Shown in pieces: positions 51,961 through 63,092 of a stretch of 64,000 nt of DNA. This DNA is from Hormiphora californensis (Eukaryota; Animalia; Ctenophora): positions 5,890,001 to 5,954,000 of the forward strand of contig CM035359.1 in assembly GCA_020137815.1 (NCBI GenBank). The letters run 5' to 3'. The notes under the pieces are model-generated. The model was not told the origin of the DNA. It did not search any database and saw only the letters and a list, made by a program, of their open reading frames with translations. The position numbers and the translations under genes were made by a program. Position 1 is the first letter of the stretch. Each line of letters begins with the position of its first letter.

Positions 51961-53091
51961 TGTCTTAGATTATGACTAGATTTAAAGGATGTAATGAGGA
52001 AATGAAAGAGAGGATTGAATGAGATGAATGGGAAGATGAAGGAGGTAAATGAAAATTGTGAACATGTACCATACTGCGGGCTACCAAACTAAGTAACTAA
52101 CCCCAAGGAAACGAACACAACACTACCTCTTCTTCGCCTTCTTCTTAGCAGGTTGGTGACGCAGTAACCCTTACAACTCGCTTGCGTAGCGTGCCAAAAC
52201 GAAGCCCGCAAAGCCCGGGCTGAGCTGTAAGTCTCTAGAGAGGTGACGGTGCCACCAACTTAGCAGGGACCTCGCACTCTCGCAGTGGAAATTTATCTGC
52301 TAGTACTCGCCGCAAGAACATGTCTCGTAGCCACTTTTACTTCTTTGTAACCGACAGAAGAGAGGAAGATGGAGAAGGGGATGAAGGGGTAGAAGAAGAT
52401 TTAAAAGGGGAGGATGAAGCGGGAGATGGAGGGGGAGACAGAGGTTGAGATAGAGGGGGAGATGGATGAGTACAGGACGGGCATGAAGCAGGACCGGAGG
52501 AATGAATAGAAGGAGGAAATGGCGAAGGAGAATGAAGGGAACAAATGAAGAAAGAGAGGTAGATGAGGGTGGGGTTAGATGAAAGGGTTGGCTCCATTGA
52601 TTTGATTTGAAAAAGGTAAAATATAAAGATACATTGATACTTCATACAAAACCCGACAGACTCTCTATTAAAATAGATGCCCAAGGCATGAGTGCTTACG
52701 TCTTAAATTTAGATAAAGTGTAAAAATGTAGTATAAAAATAAAAATACGTCATGTTAGCTATATTTTTATTGGGTCGAACTATTTTGGGTGGGAAACATT
52801 TATAATAAACTTGTTTTCAAATATCGTCACACACACCCAGGGGTCCCACACAGCGAGAGCTGCAGCTAAGGGACACCTCACAGATTTCAGACCTAAAAAT
52901 AATAAAAAGGTAATCGTCTCGTCTAGGAAAACCCATTAGAGAGGGGTATGGTTTAGGTCTGGGGGAGACGGGCGCAACCACAGCTAGTTGACTGCACACT
53001 TGGACTTGTGAAGAAATAGTGAAATAGTGAAGTAGTGAGGATGATAGAAGGTGAAAAATGAAGATGTAGGCAAACAAGAAAACAGTGAACT

Positions 53092-56000
53092 CTAGAGTAA
53101 CATCTCAGGTAGAATAGCTTTGAAAAGGTATTCTTTAACAGAGCGATTGAAAGCAGATAGCGAGGTAGCTTGTCTAACTTCATAGGGTAGCTTGTTCCAA
53201 AGGATTGTAGTCCTATAAAAAAAGCCACCGCTAAGAACGTTATGTGACCTAGCCCCGGAACTAAAAACTAGAGTGGTCACATCCCTTCTTTCAATAATGT
53301 CCAAGTTCTGTCTAGTGGGACGAAGACTGTCAGGGTTCACAGGAGAGATAGATTCTGGGAAGCTAATATCAACCATGTCAAACATAATCTTGTAAAAAAG
53401 TCTAAGGTCATAAAACTGAAAAAGGTGTTTGAACGGTAGTAGATTAAGACTAAGGAGATGCTCCACATACTGGTCATTGGTATAAGATGCGAGTGGCTCG
53501 TTTCTTATCCATTTGACAGCACGTTTCTGCAGTTTCTCAAGAGACTTAACACTGCCAACATTAAGATTAGACCAAACTTGGTTACAGTGCTCGACTAAAG
53601 ATCTCACCATGGAAAGATACAGGGTTCTCTTGTGACAGCTCCGCTTCAGGAAGAAGCAGGAGCGTCGCAGGAGGTTGAACTTGAATACCATGGTGTTAAG
53701 GATAGACTCACAGTGGTAGTTAAAATTGAGATTATCACAGATAACAACTCCCAAATCACGCTGACTGGAAACATAATTTAACTCATCTTCTCCCAAAGAA
53801 TAGATAAAATTGAAAAACGGTAAGTTAGTAAACATGTTAGACCGATACAAACTAGGGTTGGCCACACTCAAGACATGACACTTAGCAGGGTGGAAATGCA
53901 TCAAATTACGGACAGACCAATTGTAAAGGTTGTCGACAGTTTGTTGCAACAAGATATGGTCAGTCATATATACAATTCTTCTCCACACTTTGGTATCGTC
54001 AGCATACAGAGAAATACATGTATCATTAGTGACTTCAAGGAAAATATCATTTATAAAGATAACAAACAATATAGGCCCAAGGATCGACCCCTGGGGTACC
54101 CCTGATAAAACTGGCAAAACATCTGAACTCTCACCGTCTAAAACAACCTTCTGAGATCTATTACTTAAATAACTCTTGATAAAACTCAGTAGCTGCCCAT
54201 CAATACCAAATTGGTATTTGAGCTTGTGCAAAATAAGATCATGATTACAAGAATCGAAGGCACGTGAAAAATCGAAGTACACAATGTCTACCCTTTCCTT
54301 CTCATCAAAAGCCTCTACTAAACTGTGTGTAAACGGGATGAGTTGAGTTGTGCATGACTTACCACTCAGAAAACCGTGTTGACGTGAATCAAGTTGAGGG
54401 GAACAAATATCAAGGATTCTAGGCTTAACCAATCTTTCCAGAGTCTTTGAAACGAGAGACAGAAGCGAGATAGGTCTGTAATTGGCCACCTCCCTACGAT
54501 CTCCCTTCTTAAAAACTGGTACAATGGAAGCTAGTTTCCAATCGTCTGCTATAACACCACTTCTCATAGAGAGGTTAAAAAGAAGCCATAGAGGGTATGA
54601 CAGAGATCCGGCACAATGTTTGAGAACCCTGCCAGATATTCCGTCATCCCCACAGGCCTTAGAACTATCTGTCGATGCTAGGGTAACAAACACCTCATTG
54701 AGGGAGAAAAATATATCTTGCTCTGACACACTATTATCAATGCTTATACCATATTGACTGGGAGAGGTGAATTGTGAGGCAAAGTGACGATTGAACAAAT
54801 TCGCTTTCTCGCTCGACTCAGATCTGAAAACACCGTTGCTACACACAGACTCCGGGATACGAAGAGATTTGCTGGACAACTTAATATGAGTCCAGAACCT
54901 CTTCGTAATACCAGAGTCGTCAACATTAAAATGATTATTCAACTTAGCTGAGATGACTGTCTTGAGAGCCTTCCTAGCTAGATAATAGGCTGCTTTGGAT
55001 TCAGGGGAGGGTCGACTCTTAAAACGAGATCTAAGAGTCTCCTTCCTGTTCCTGGCTCTCAAGACATCTCTATCACTATGCCAAGAGGGGGTAAAGGGGT
55101 CTTTAACCCGTTTCTTGGGAATATACACATCACAAAGCTCGACAATCACACTCTTCACTCTCTTCCAAGAGTCATTAATATTATCGTCAATAATTAAATC
55201 CCAATTCACTCTTGCAAAAGCAACATTCAGACTAAGAAAATTAAAATTTCTAAAATCATACCGGTATCTGGGTGATCTGCTACTCCGATCAAATTTAAGG
55301 TTAATTCTAAACTTCAATCCAAAGTGATCTGAGCAGCAGACCTGGTTCAAATCACAGACAGACAACTGCTTAACAAGCTCTGGACAATTCGTAAAGAGTA
55401 GATCTAACGTGTTACTCGAAATATGCGTAGAAGAACTCACTAACTGTGAGTGACCAAGTTCACCACACAAGAAATCAATAAAATCTCTCTCAAGTGCATT
55501 CCCAGAGGTGCCCTCAGGCCAATTAACAGACGGGAAATTGAAATCTCCAACAAGTACATGTCTCTTAAAACTTCTATTCCTCGAAAGATTCTGCATGTAA
55601 TTCTTAAAATTAGAAAGGTTATCATAAGAGAGTGTACTCACTCTATAAAACGTGCTAATACAAAGACTAATGTTATGGCAATTAATAACAACACTCAAAA
55701 CTTCAGCCTGGGTACTAAACTTTTCAAATTTATAACTGGAGATGGCCAGGTTATCCCTGTGAGCTATCAGCACACCCCCTCCATTCGCCCTGAACTTCTT
55801 GGGTTGTAGGGGATCAAAGGGGTGTGTCGCAGCACAGCGATCTAACCGGAACACCTTGTACCCGTGGGGAAAGATTTCAGATGATTGAATATTGCCTTTC
55901 AACCACGTTTCATTAAGAATAACGATATCTGGAGAATTACTGTAAATATAGTCCTGAAATTCAAGTACCTTGCTCACACACAGATCAGGGGACGGTTGTC

Positions 56001-56532
56001 CGAGATTTGCAGTATGAACAAAGCCCCGTACATTATTGAACAGAACGTCAAGTGAACGGGGACCAGGGTTCGAAATACCAGGAAAACAGACAAACAGCAA
56101 CATCAAATTTAACGAACAACAGAATAAGGTAAGAAACGTTAACATGTTAGAACAGCTGCGGGTGAAAGAGAAATTAACTAAAATCAGAGATCCAGACAAC
56201 ACGGTAAGATAGGGTCTAATCTCAAACAAAGATGATAACTGTGGGGCAAAAGCGATGAGAGTGTACTCATGCCGGTCATTCATAAAATTATGATTGATCG
56301 AACAGTGAGCAAAAAATAACAGTGAGATGAGGAATGTATAAATGAAAAGTCCAAGTGTGAAGTAACATACCAGCTGCAGTAGAGACGCCACGTCCCCGAC
56401 AGGTCCACCAGAATACCCAGGATGGGAACATATAGATGCATGTACACGTCTACCAATTCTCTCTCTGTATATTTCTAAACAGATTGGCAGGTTAGGGGAA
56501 GGGTAGCGGTACCCGACAAAGCAGGAAAACAA
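53092..56532 (-). CDS. CR1-group LINE ORF2 (APE endonuclease plus reverse transcriptase), intact, with hydrophobic leader
   Basis: LNETWL, GGGVL, GDFN, LDLLF, SDH; NYRPISL, QHGF, DFSRAFD, GVPQGSILGP, YADD. Confidence 0.95.
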   Translation of the reverse strand: MFSCFVGYRYPSPNLPICLEIYRERIGRRVHASICSHPGYSGGPVGDVASLLQLVCYFTLGLFIYTFLISLLFFAHCSINHNFMNDRHEYTLIAFAPQLSSLFEIRPYLTVLSGSLILVNFSFTRSCSNMLTFLTLFCCSLNLMLLFVCFPGISNPGPRSLDVLFNNVRGFVHTANLGQPSPDLCVSKVLEFQDYIYSNSPDIVILNETWLKGNIQSSEIFPHGYKVFRLDRCAATHPFDPLQPKKFRANGGGVLIAHRDNLAISSYKFEKFSTQAEVLSVVINCHNISLCISTFYRVSTLSYDNLSNFKNYMQNLSRNRSFKRHVLVGDFNFPSVNWPEGTSGNALERDFIDFLCGELGHSQLVSSSTHISSNTLDLLFTNCPELVKQLSVCDLNQVCCSDHFGLKFRINLKFDRSSRSPRYRYDFRNFNFLSLNVAFARVNWDLIIDDNINDSWKRVKSVIVELCDVYIPKKRVKDPFTPSWHSDRDVLRARNRKETLRSRFKSRPSPESKAAYYLARKALKTVISAKLNNHFNVDDSGITKRFWTHIKLSSKSLRIPESVCSNGVFRSESSEKANLFNRHFASQFTSPSQYGISIDNSVSEQDIFFSLNEVFVTLASTDSSKACGDDGISGRVLKHCAGSLSYPLWLLFNLSMRSGVIADDWKLASIVPVFKKGDRREVANYRPISLLSLVSKTLERLVKPRILDICSPQLDSRQHGFLSGKSCTTQLIPFTHSLVEAFDEKERVDIVYFDFSRAFDSCNHDLILHKLKYQFGIDGQLLSFIKSYLSNRSQKVVLDGESSDVLPVLSGVPQGSILGPILFVIFINDIFLEVTNDTCISLYADDTKVWRRIVYMTDHILLQQTVDNLYNWSVRNLMHFHPAKCHVLSVANPSLYRSNMFTNLPFFNFIYSLGEDELNYVSSQRDLGVVICDNLNFNYHCESILNTMVFKFNLLRRSCFFLKRSCHKRTLYLSMVRSLVEHCNQVWSNLNVGSVKSLEKLQKRAVKWIRNEPLASYTNDQYVEHLLSLNLLPFKHLFQFYDLRLFYKIMFDMVDISFPESISPVNPDSLRPTRQNLDIIERRDVTTLVFSSGARSHNVLSGGFFYRTTILWNKLPYEVRQATSLSAFNRSVKEYLFKAILPEMLL

Positions 56533-56879
56533 ACTCTGATCATGGGGGGGGGGGGTAAAGGAGTAGGGGGTATATCAGAATGGGGCACGATTAGAAATAT
56601 ATATTGGTTTAATAGTAATAAGTTAAGTTAATAGGTTAATAAGTTCCGGAGTAACCCTTCCAAACCCAAACCCTCCCTACCCCAGTCAGTGTCAACTGTC
56701 AATTTGTGTCAATTGGTATTGGCGCATCACCGGGCAACAACTTTTATGTTTCAAACATTTCGAACACAACTCCAAACCCATCAATAATTTCTATGACCTC
56801 AAACTCCTAAAAACAATAAACATACCATTATACCATTTACAATTGTTGCCATGTGATCCGCCAATGATAAGGAAAAAAT

Positions 56880-59800
56880 TCAGACAGAAGGCTGGATACT
56901 AGATGCATTCCACAAATGCTTCTTAAGTTCTGAGGAAAATATCACATGGTCACTAATGCTACGAATATCATGCGGTAGGGAATTCCACTCTATGTGGGTA
57001 CGGTAGAAAAAGGAATCTTTAAAAACATCTATTCTAGGGCGCTCATCACACACTACGTAAGTCGCGTCTTTGTTGATTTGTTGTCTTGTACGTGGTCGGT
57101 CATTGTCAACAGTTGGGTCAAAACGTCTCATGTAAGGGGGAATTCTATTGGTATAAGCTTGTAAAGTATCTTATGGAACATTTTAAGATCATTATATAGG
57201 AACTTAGAAGACATGGGTAGGATCTTAAGTTCCTTGAGCCTAGTTACGTACACTTCGTTGCTGTAACTACACTCCAATTCATTGAATACCCATTTTACGG
57301 CCCTTTTTTGCATCTTTTCAAATTTTTCAATACTAGATGCAGAAATGGGCCGCCATACTTCGCTACAGTGTTCATATAGTGACCTTACTAAACTAATGAA
57401 GAGAGTTTTGCGTTTTCTCTGCGACTGAACTAGGTCAGAACACGTTCTCCTCACTAGACCTAACCTCTGGGAAGATTTTGATAGGAGCTTGTTCTGATGG
57501 TGGGTTGACGAAAGTTTATTTGTAGTCAGAACACCCAGATCAGTCTCCGTTTGACTAGGACCTATTTGTGTGCTTCCCAGATGGTATGTTAAATGTACAG
57601 GATTTTGTTTTAGGGAACATCTAAGGAGCTTACACTTATCAGGATGAAAGTGTATTTTGTTATTCTCGCTCCAGATCAACAATCTATCTATGTCAGGTTG
57701 GAGACTATCTCCGCTACTTTTAATGATACGCCAGATTTTCATATCATCTGCATAAAGCCTTATATTTGTGTCCATTCTGACTTGATCCACTATATCGTTG
57801 ATGAAAAGGACAAAGAGGAAGGGACCAAGTATAGAGCCTTGGGGGACTCCACTCCTAACTGAGCTCCAGTTTGAGAACTTTCCATCCAGTACAACCCTTT
57901 GTCGTCGGTCGGAAAGATACTCTTTGATAAATTGGAGCATTCTACCATTAATGTTATAGTCTACTTTAAGCTTTTTAAGTATCACATCATGAGAGACGCT
58001 GTCAAAAGCCTTTTTAAAATCAAAGAACACTATATCAGTCTGCAGACCTTTATTTAGGTTAAGGGCAAGATCACAATTGAAGTCTATAAGTTGGGTACTG
58101 CAGGACTTAAGGGGAACGAACCCATGTTGAAACGGAGTTATTTTAGGAAGACAAACCCTGTAAAGCCTCTCTCGAACTAACTTTTCTAAAACTTTCATTG
58201 TTAGGCAGGTTAAGGATATCGGCCTGTAGTTCTCGATGTTTGCCTTATCCCCTTTTTTATGAATGGGTACCACATTGGCATTTTTCCATTCTTGGGGGAA
58301 TTTACCCTCTCTATAGGATCTATTAAAAATTAGAGTTAAAGGGTATGCAATGGATCGACAACACTTTTTTAGTAAAATACCCGGTATATTATCAGGACCT
58401 GTAGCTTTTGAGGGGTCAATCTTACGTAGTATTTCTAGAACCTCATCGACATGAAACATTTCATCGTTAAAGTCGTTTTCATGATTACGTGTCACATCGA
58501 TGTGTTCCTGGTAACTACTAGCTTCAGTAAACTGATCACTGAAAAAGGTGTTAAATATTTCGGCCTTTTCCATGCTCTCAGTTCGAAACTTCTTCCCGTA
58601 GAACACAGTATCAGGGATTCTAGAACTTGATTTCTGCGATTTCACATGCTTAAAAAACTTTTTGCTGACCTCAGCTGAGCTATTATTTTCATTTATAAAC
58701 GGCATGTCATAATAGCTCCGTTCTTTTTCTAGTGACTGGGTTCTATACAAATCTTCTGTCTCGATGTGATACCGCACCATACTTTCATTATCTGGGTGCT
58801 TTATCACATCAGCTCTTGCTCGGTCTAGGTCTTTTTTAAGTGATCTGAGCTCATCATCGTACCATGGTGGCTGTGAGCCCAGTTTCACTGATACAAGAGG
58901 CACATGCTTTCGGAGTGTAATATCAAGTCTTGACTTGAAGATCTGCCAGCATGCTTCAGCTGACATTCCCTCAAATCTACTCAACCAGTTCTCCGAAAGT
59001 AATTCTTCATCAAGTGCCTCCCAGTTTGCTTTTTTAAACGCAAACTTTTTAGTAGTGGTATACTTTGGTCGGATCTTTCTAATAGACAGATGACAATGTA
59101 TAGTAAAATGATCCGACTTCATGAGCCCACTCTCAACCACGGAAACTTCAGAGAAAAGATTTTCGTTGCTGGTAAGTAGGAGATCTAGAATGTTTCCATC
59201 TTTGTGAGTTGGCTCATTTATCATGGCCTTAAGTCCCAGGGAATTGAATAGGTGAATATAATCTTCATGAATTGAGCTGTTCGAAACAGGTAGATCCCAA
59301 TCTTTGATAGTACTGAGATTGAGATCTCCAAAAATAGAGAGATTTTTATACTTCTTCATAAGATTCGTGTAATACACTTCTACTCCTTTGAAGAAGTCTA
59401 ATCCTGAGTAATCGTACCTGTACAGTGTGGAAAGGCAGATTGGTGTTGTATTTTTAGGTTTAAGGAGTATAGAAACTATAGGTAGTTCAGTTTTAGTATC
59501 AATCTGCTGAACCTCTACTCCTAAATCATTTTTGGCTAGAATCAACACACCACCACCACCACACTTTCCATACTTCTCCATATCCACTTTCGATCTGTCT
59601 TTTCGGAATATGGAGTAGTACTTATCAGAGACAACTTCCCCATCTTGCACATGTTCATTGAGCCATGTCTCATTTAACAGTACAATATCGGGAAGGTAGG
59701 TACTTAAATATCCCCTCAGTTCCTTAATCTTTGATATTTGGAACTGGGGCTGATCTCCCTTCATTGATTGCATATGAATAAGACCATTCACATTGCAATA

Positions 59801-60297
59801 TACTATGTTTATTTTGTTAGGTGTATCACCAGGCCCAGGATTCAGAATATTGGGCTGTGTACGAGCAATAAGGCTCCTAGCTAACGAGCATACATAAAAC
59901 ACACAGTTAATAAGCTTTTCTGCACACCCGGTACAATATCTTATATGTGCAGAAAAGTATCCCTTTCTACTTAAGAATAATATAAAAACACAATTAGCAT
60001 ACCACTGATACATAATTGGCCACTGCATTCCGTGAGCATCCAGATTAGCAGGGGCTTTTTTAGATATACAAGAAGGTGCATACACGAGCATTAGACCTGT
60101 AAGGAGGTAGGTTATAGCTACATGTATAGAGAATATTAATATTTCAAATGGGGTGATAAAGCTAGAAGACGGGGGCTTGTCAGTGTATATATTAATGTCA
60201 TTGTCTGTGTCATTGTCCTGTCTATTTTTACCTTCCCTGTTACCCCCCGCGCAAACAACCCGATAGCGATTCTGTATTGTTCTACACTGATACCCAT
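56880..60297 (-). CDS. CR1-group LINE ORF2 (APE plus RT) with 1-nt frameshifts in homopolymers near 60245 and 57138
   Basis: ATG at 60297 gives MGISVEQYRIAIGLF. The main frame has LNETWL, GDLN, SDH, NYRPISL, DFKKAFD, GVPQGSILGP, YADD. ORF 56880-57131 supplies SFFYRT..WNSLP. Confidence 0.93.
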
Positions 60298-60479
60298 TCA
60301 ATCAAAACGTGTACTTGTGGGTAGTCAGGTAGGGGTACATAGGGGGTATAGATGTATGAATTCGACACAAAGTAAAGTAAATTAAAACTCCCAAAAACCC
60401 CCAGTGTAATAAGTAATTAACTTTGTCACCAAACTCTCAATTCAATCTCACTCAAACTCAAAGGACAACTCATAATATA

Positions 60480-61821
60480 TCATATCACACTATAAACTAG
60501 CTTCTTAGCCACCATATATCCATATCTATTAAGATGTATCCCATCTTTGCAAAAGAGTCTATTATTAACATATAACATATTAGATTGCTTGGCCCTAGTT
60601 AGAAATTCATTAGTCCAAAATAGAGTATAACATCCCATCTCAAAACAAATTTTATTAATCATATTATTAAAATTCCACACATTTCCCACAGTAAACCTAT
60701 GCTCCGGCCTCATTGGGATGAGATGGGCAACAAAAATAATGGCGTTTGTAAACATATCTCTCGCCTCCTTAATCAGAGCCCTCATGGGATTCTCAAGATG
60801 TTTAATGCAGGGAGGGTTTCCTCTCTTCCCTCTGAGGTAGCGCAGGTCGTTTGTTCCAAAGGCTATTATGACCTTACCAACCTTGATGTCAGGCTCACTC
60901 CTCCTAAACTCTTGTAGTATCTCAGACGCCGTCCTGCCTCTCCATTCCTGGTGGGGTGAAACGAGCCTAGCCCCAGAGGTGGAGAGATTAACAAATCCAG
61001 GTCCATTGGGTATCCACTTTGTCAGGGAAGTACCGAGAAGTACAGACACCTCCTGATCTTGAGATGGGGGTGATGGTAGTACAGCTGCATTGTTGAGTCG
61101 GGGTGGTGGTGGGGGCGGTGGTGGTGATTTCACTTCGGTGTGAGTAGGCACCGTCGTTTCATTCATCCTCCTAAAGGAGAGGGCAAACCTCCCACTACAT
61201 GTACATCCTCTTGCATTTGGAACCCGGTGCTTGAACGCTTCCTGGCATCCCCTTTTCATCGTATAAATGGAACCCTCTGAAGGATGGATCGAGAAGGGTG
61301 CAGTGCCCCTAAGGTCAGCGGAGTACCAGTTGAAATCCACTTTCCTCGGTTCTCCCAGAGATAGCACAACAAGCTCCGTCCTCAAGGGAGAGTTCGAAAT
61401 CGCTGTGGTAACCCACCCCTTGCTCTCCCGGGTAGTAGGTCACCAGACAGCTGTTCAGTTGGTACCCATGCTCCTTGTTGATTCTATCCATGGTTGCCTC
61501 CACACAAGGGTAATCATTTAAGTCCTTTGGTTCCAGGGATTTGTCGTCCCAGCCGTAGACCAACCCGGTGTTAGAAATCCAGGTGTTATATGGCTTCCCT
61601 TTCTTCCTACCCTTTAGCTGCTCAATTTCACCTTTAAGGAGTTCAGCATCCGTGCTGTTCAAGAAGTTTTCCTCATAGGTAACAAAGTCCTGGGGATTAG
61701 GGGTCCTAGATTTAGCACTTTCAGCTTTCCTCGATTTGATCTCATCAGATAAATGTAGAACTATTCGGTCAAGTTGGGCTACTGACAGCTCAGATATGCG
61801 CTGAAGGAAAAGGCGATCCAT
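60480..61821 (-). CDS. LINE ORF1: N-terminal helical segment, AlkB-type 2OG-Fe(II) dioxygenase, Pro linker, SGNH/GDSL esterase (one frameshift near 61371)
   Basis: LNSCLVTYY, YHSD, LSLGEPRKVDF, GSIYTM..GCQEAFKHRVP, RFALSFR; then LLGTS, SGA, GTND, DGIH. Confidence 0.85.
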
Positions 61822-63092
61822 CGAGGTGAAGTAATACAGGAATATGTCATGTACAAATTAATTTGTTTAAAGCAGTGCTGAAAAGTCTGCAACCTATTCT
61901 CGCTCCTGAGATCGATCTCAGTCGCGCGCAACGTCGATCTCACTCAGGTATCAATGTGGCCAAATGAAGGGGTGGATCATAGTGCATAGACCACACAGTG
62001 AGTTTGGTTACGAAATATTAAAGGGGTTATTTCGTAACCATCGCAGATTATGAAATGAAATCCAGTCTGAGCTACACAAGGTTCACAATCTGAACTTCAG
62101 ATAGAGAAATCCCTCACTTATGGGCCCCAGGGCTTCAGTAATATGAAAGGAGTTGGTAATGAAGCAGTGGAACCGTGAACCTTGCAGTTGCACCTCTGGG
62201 GACATCTTCCAAAGACGTCCCACCGCAAGAGACGAAACATACTGCCGGAAAAGTGACTCAGTGACAACTCTGACACACGTTCTTGGCGTAGCATGACCTC
62301 CCGGTTGGTGCATCTGTCCTAAAACTCACCGTAGAACTTGATTAAGCTAAATATTAACGGATTGGAGCATATCCTTATTAGGTAAGGCAATTTATCTTTG
62401 CCCTCATGAAGTACATAACACGGAAGGAAGTAAGTACTCTATTCAAATCAACTCATAACAATTTTCTTTGGGTTTTTGCTAACTGAGAGTCGGCCATATT
62501 GGATTTGGGTCGAACCAGTGGAAATCGAATGATATTTTTTCCAGAATCATTTGAAATTGGTGCGCGGCTCACTTTAACACATGCGCGTTAGCAATATTAA
62601 ATAGTGTGCGCGGCTCTACATTTGCGCGTGCAAAAGTGATCGATTTCCAAAATTGAAAAAAGAGTCATCAAATTCATGTCAAATGCTACTAATTCCCAAA
62701 ATTTGGTGATTGTAGGACCTCCGGAACATGGTCAAAATGACTTGGGACAGGATCCTGTACATGCGCGGTGTTCCCTCCTTATCCCTGTTCTGCGCCACGC
62801 GCAGCGCGGGATAAGGCAGCGCTTTTCAATTTAAATAAAAGATCTCAAAAAAATCACAAAAAAATCTCACAAAAATGCACAAAAATTTAAATTTAGAAAC
62901 TTGCGCGCGCCATATAGGTTGATTTGATAACGCGCGCAAAAAATTGCATGGTATAAATTATTTTGTCGCGTGTTACTGTTCATTTGCGGTAAATACAAAG
63001 TTATTTACCTTTACATTTCAATGTTAGCGCAAAAGTTAAACTCACGAAAAAACACTAACCGTTATTTTCACAATAAAATTCAAAATGAAATA

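Noticed and set aside
51155-51968. ORFs with LSSLPNLT (LRR-like) and FGREDRVR repeats
   Set aside because: Both strands are open only because the 24-bp minisatellite lacks stops. The 8-aa period does not fit LRRs and there are no flanking domains.
62083-62500. Possible ORF1 of the downstream LINE or host exons
   Set aside because: No recognisable domain and no consistent splice model.
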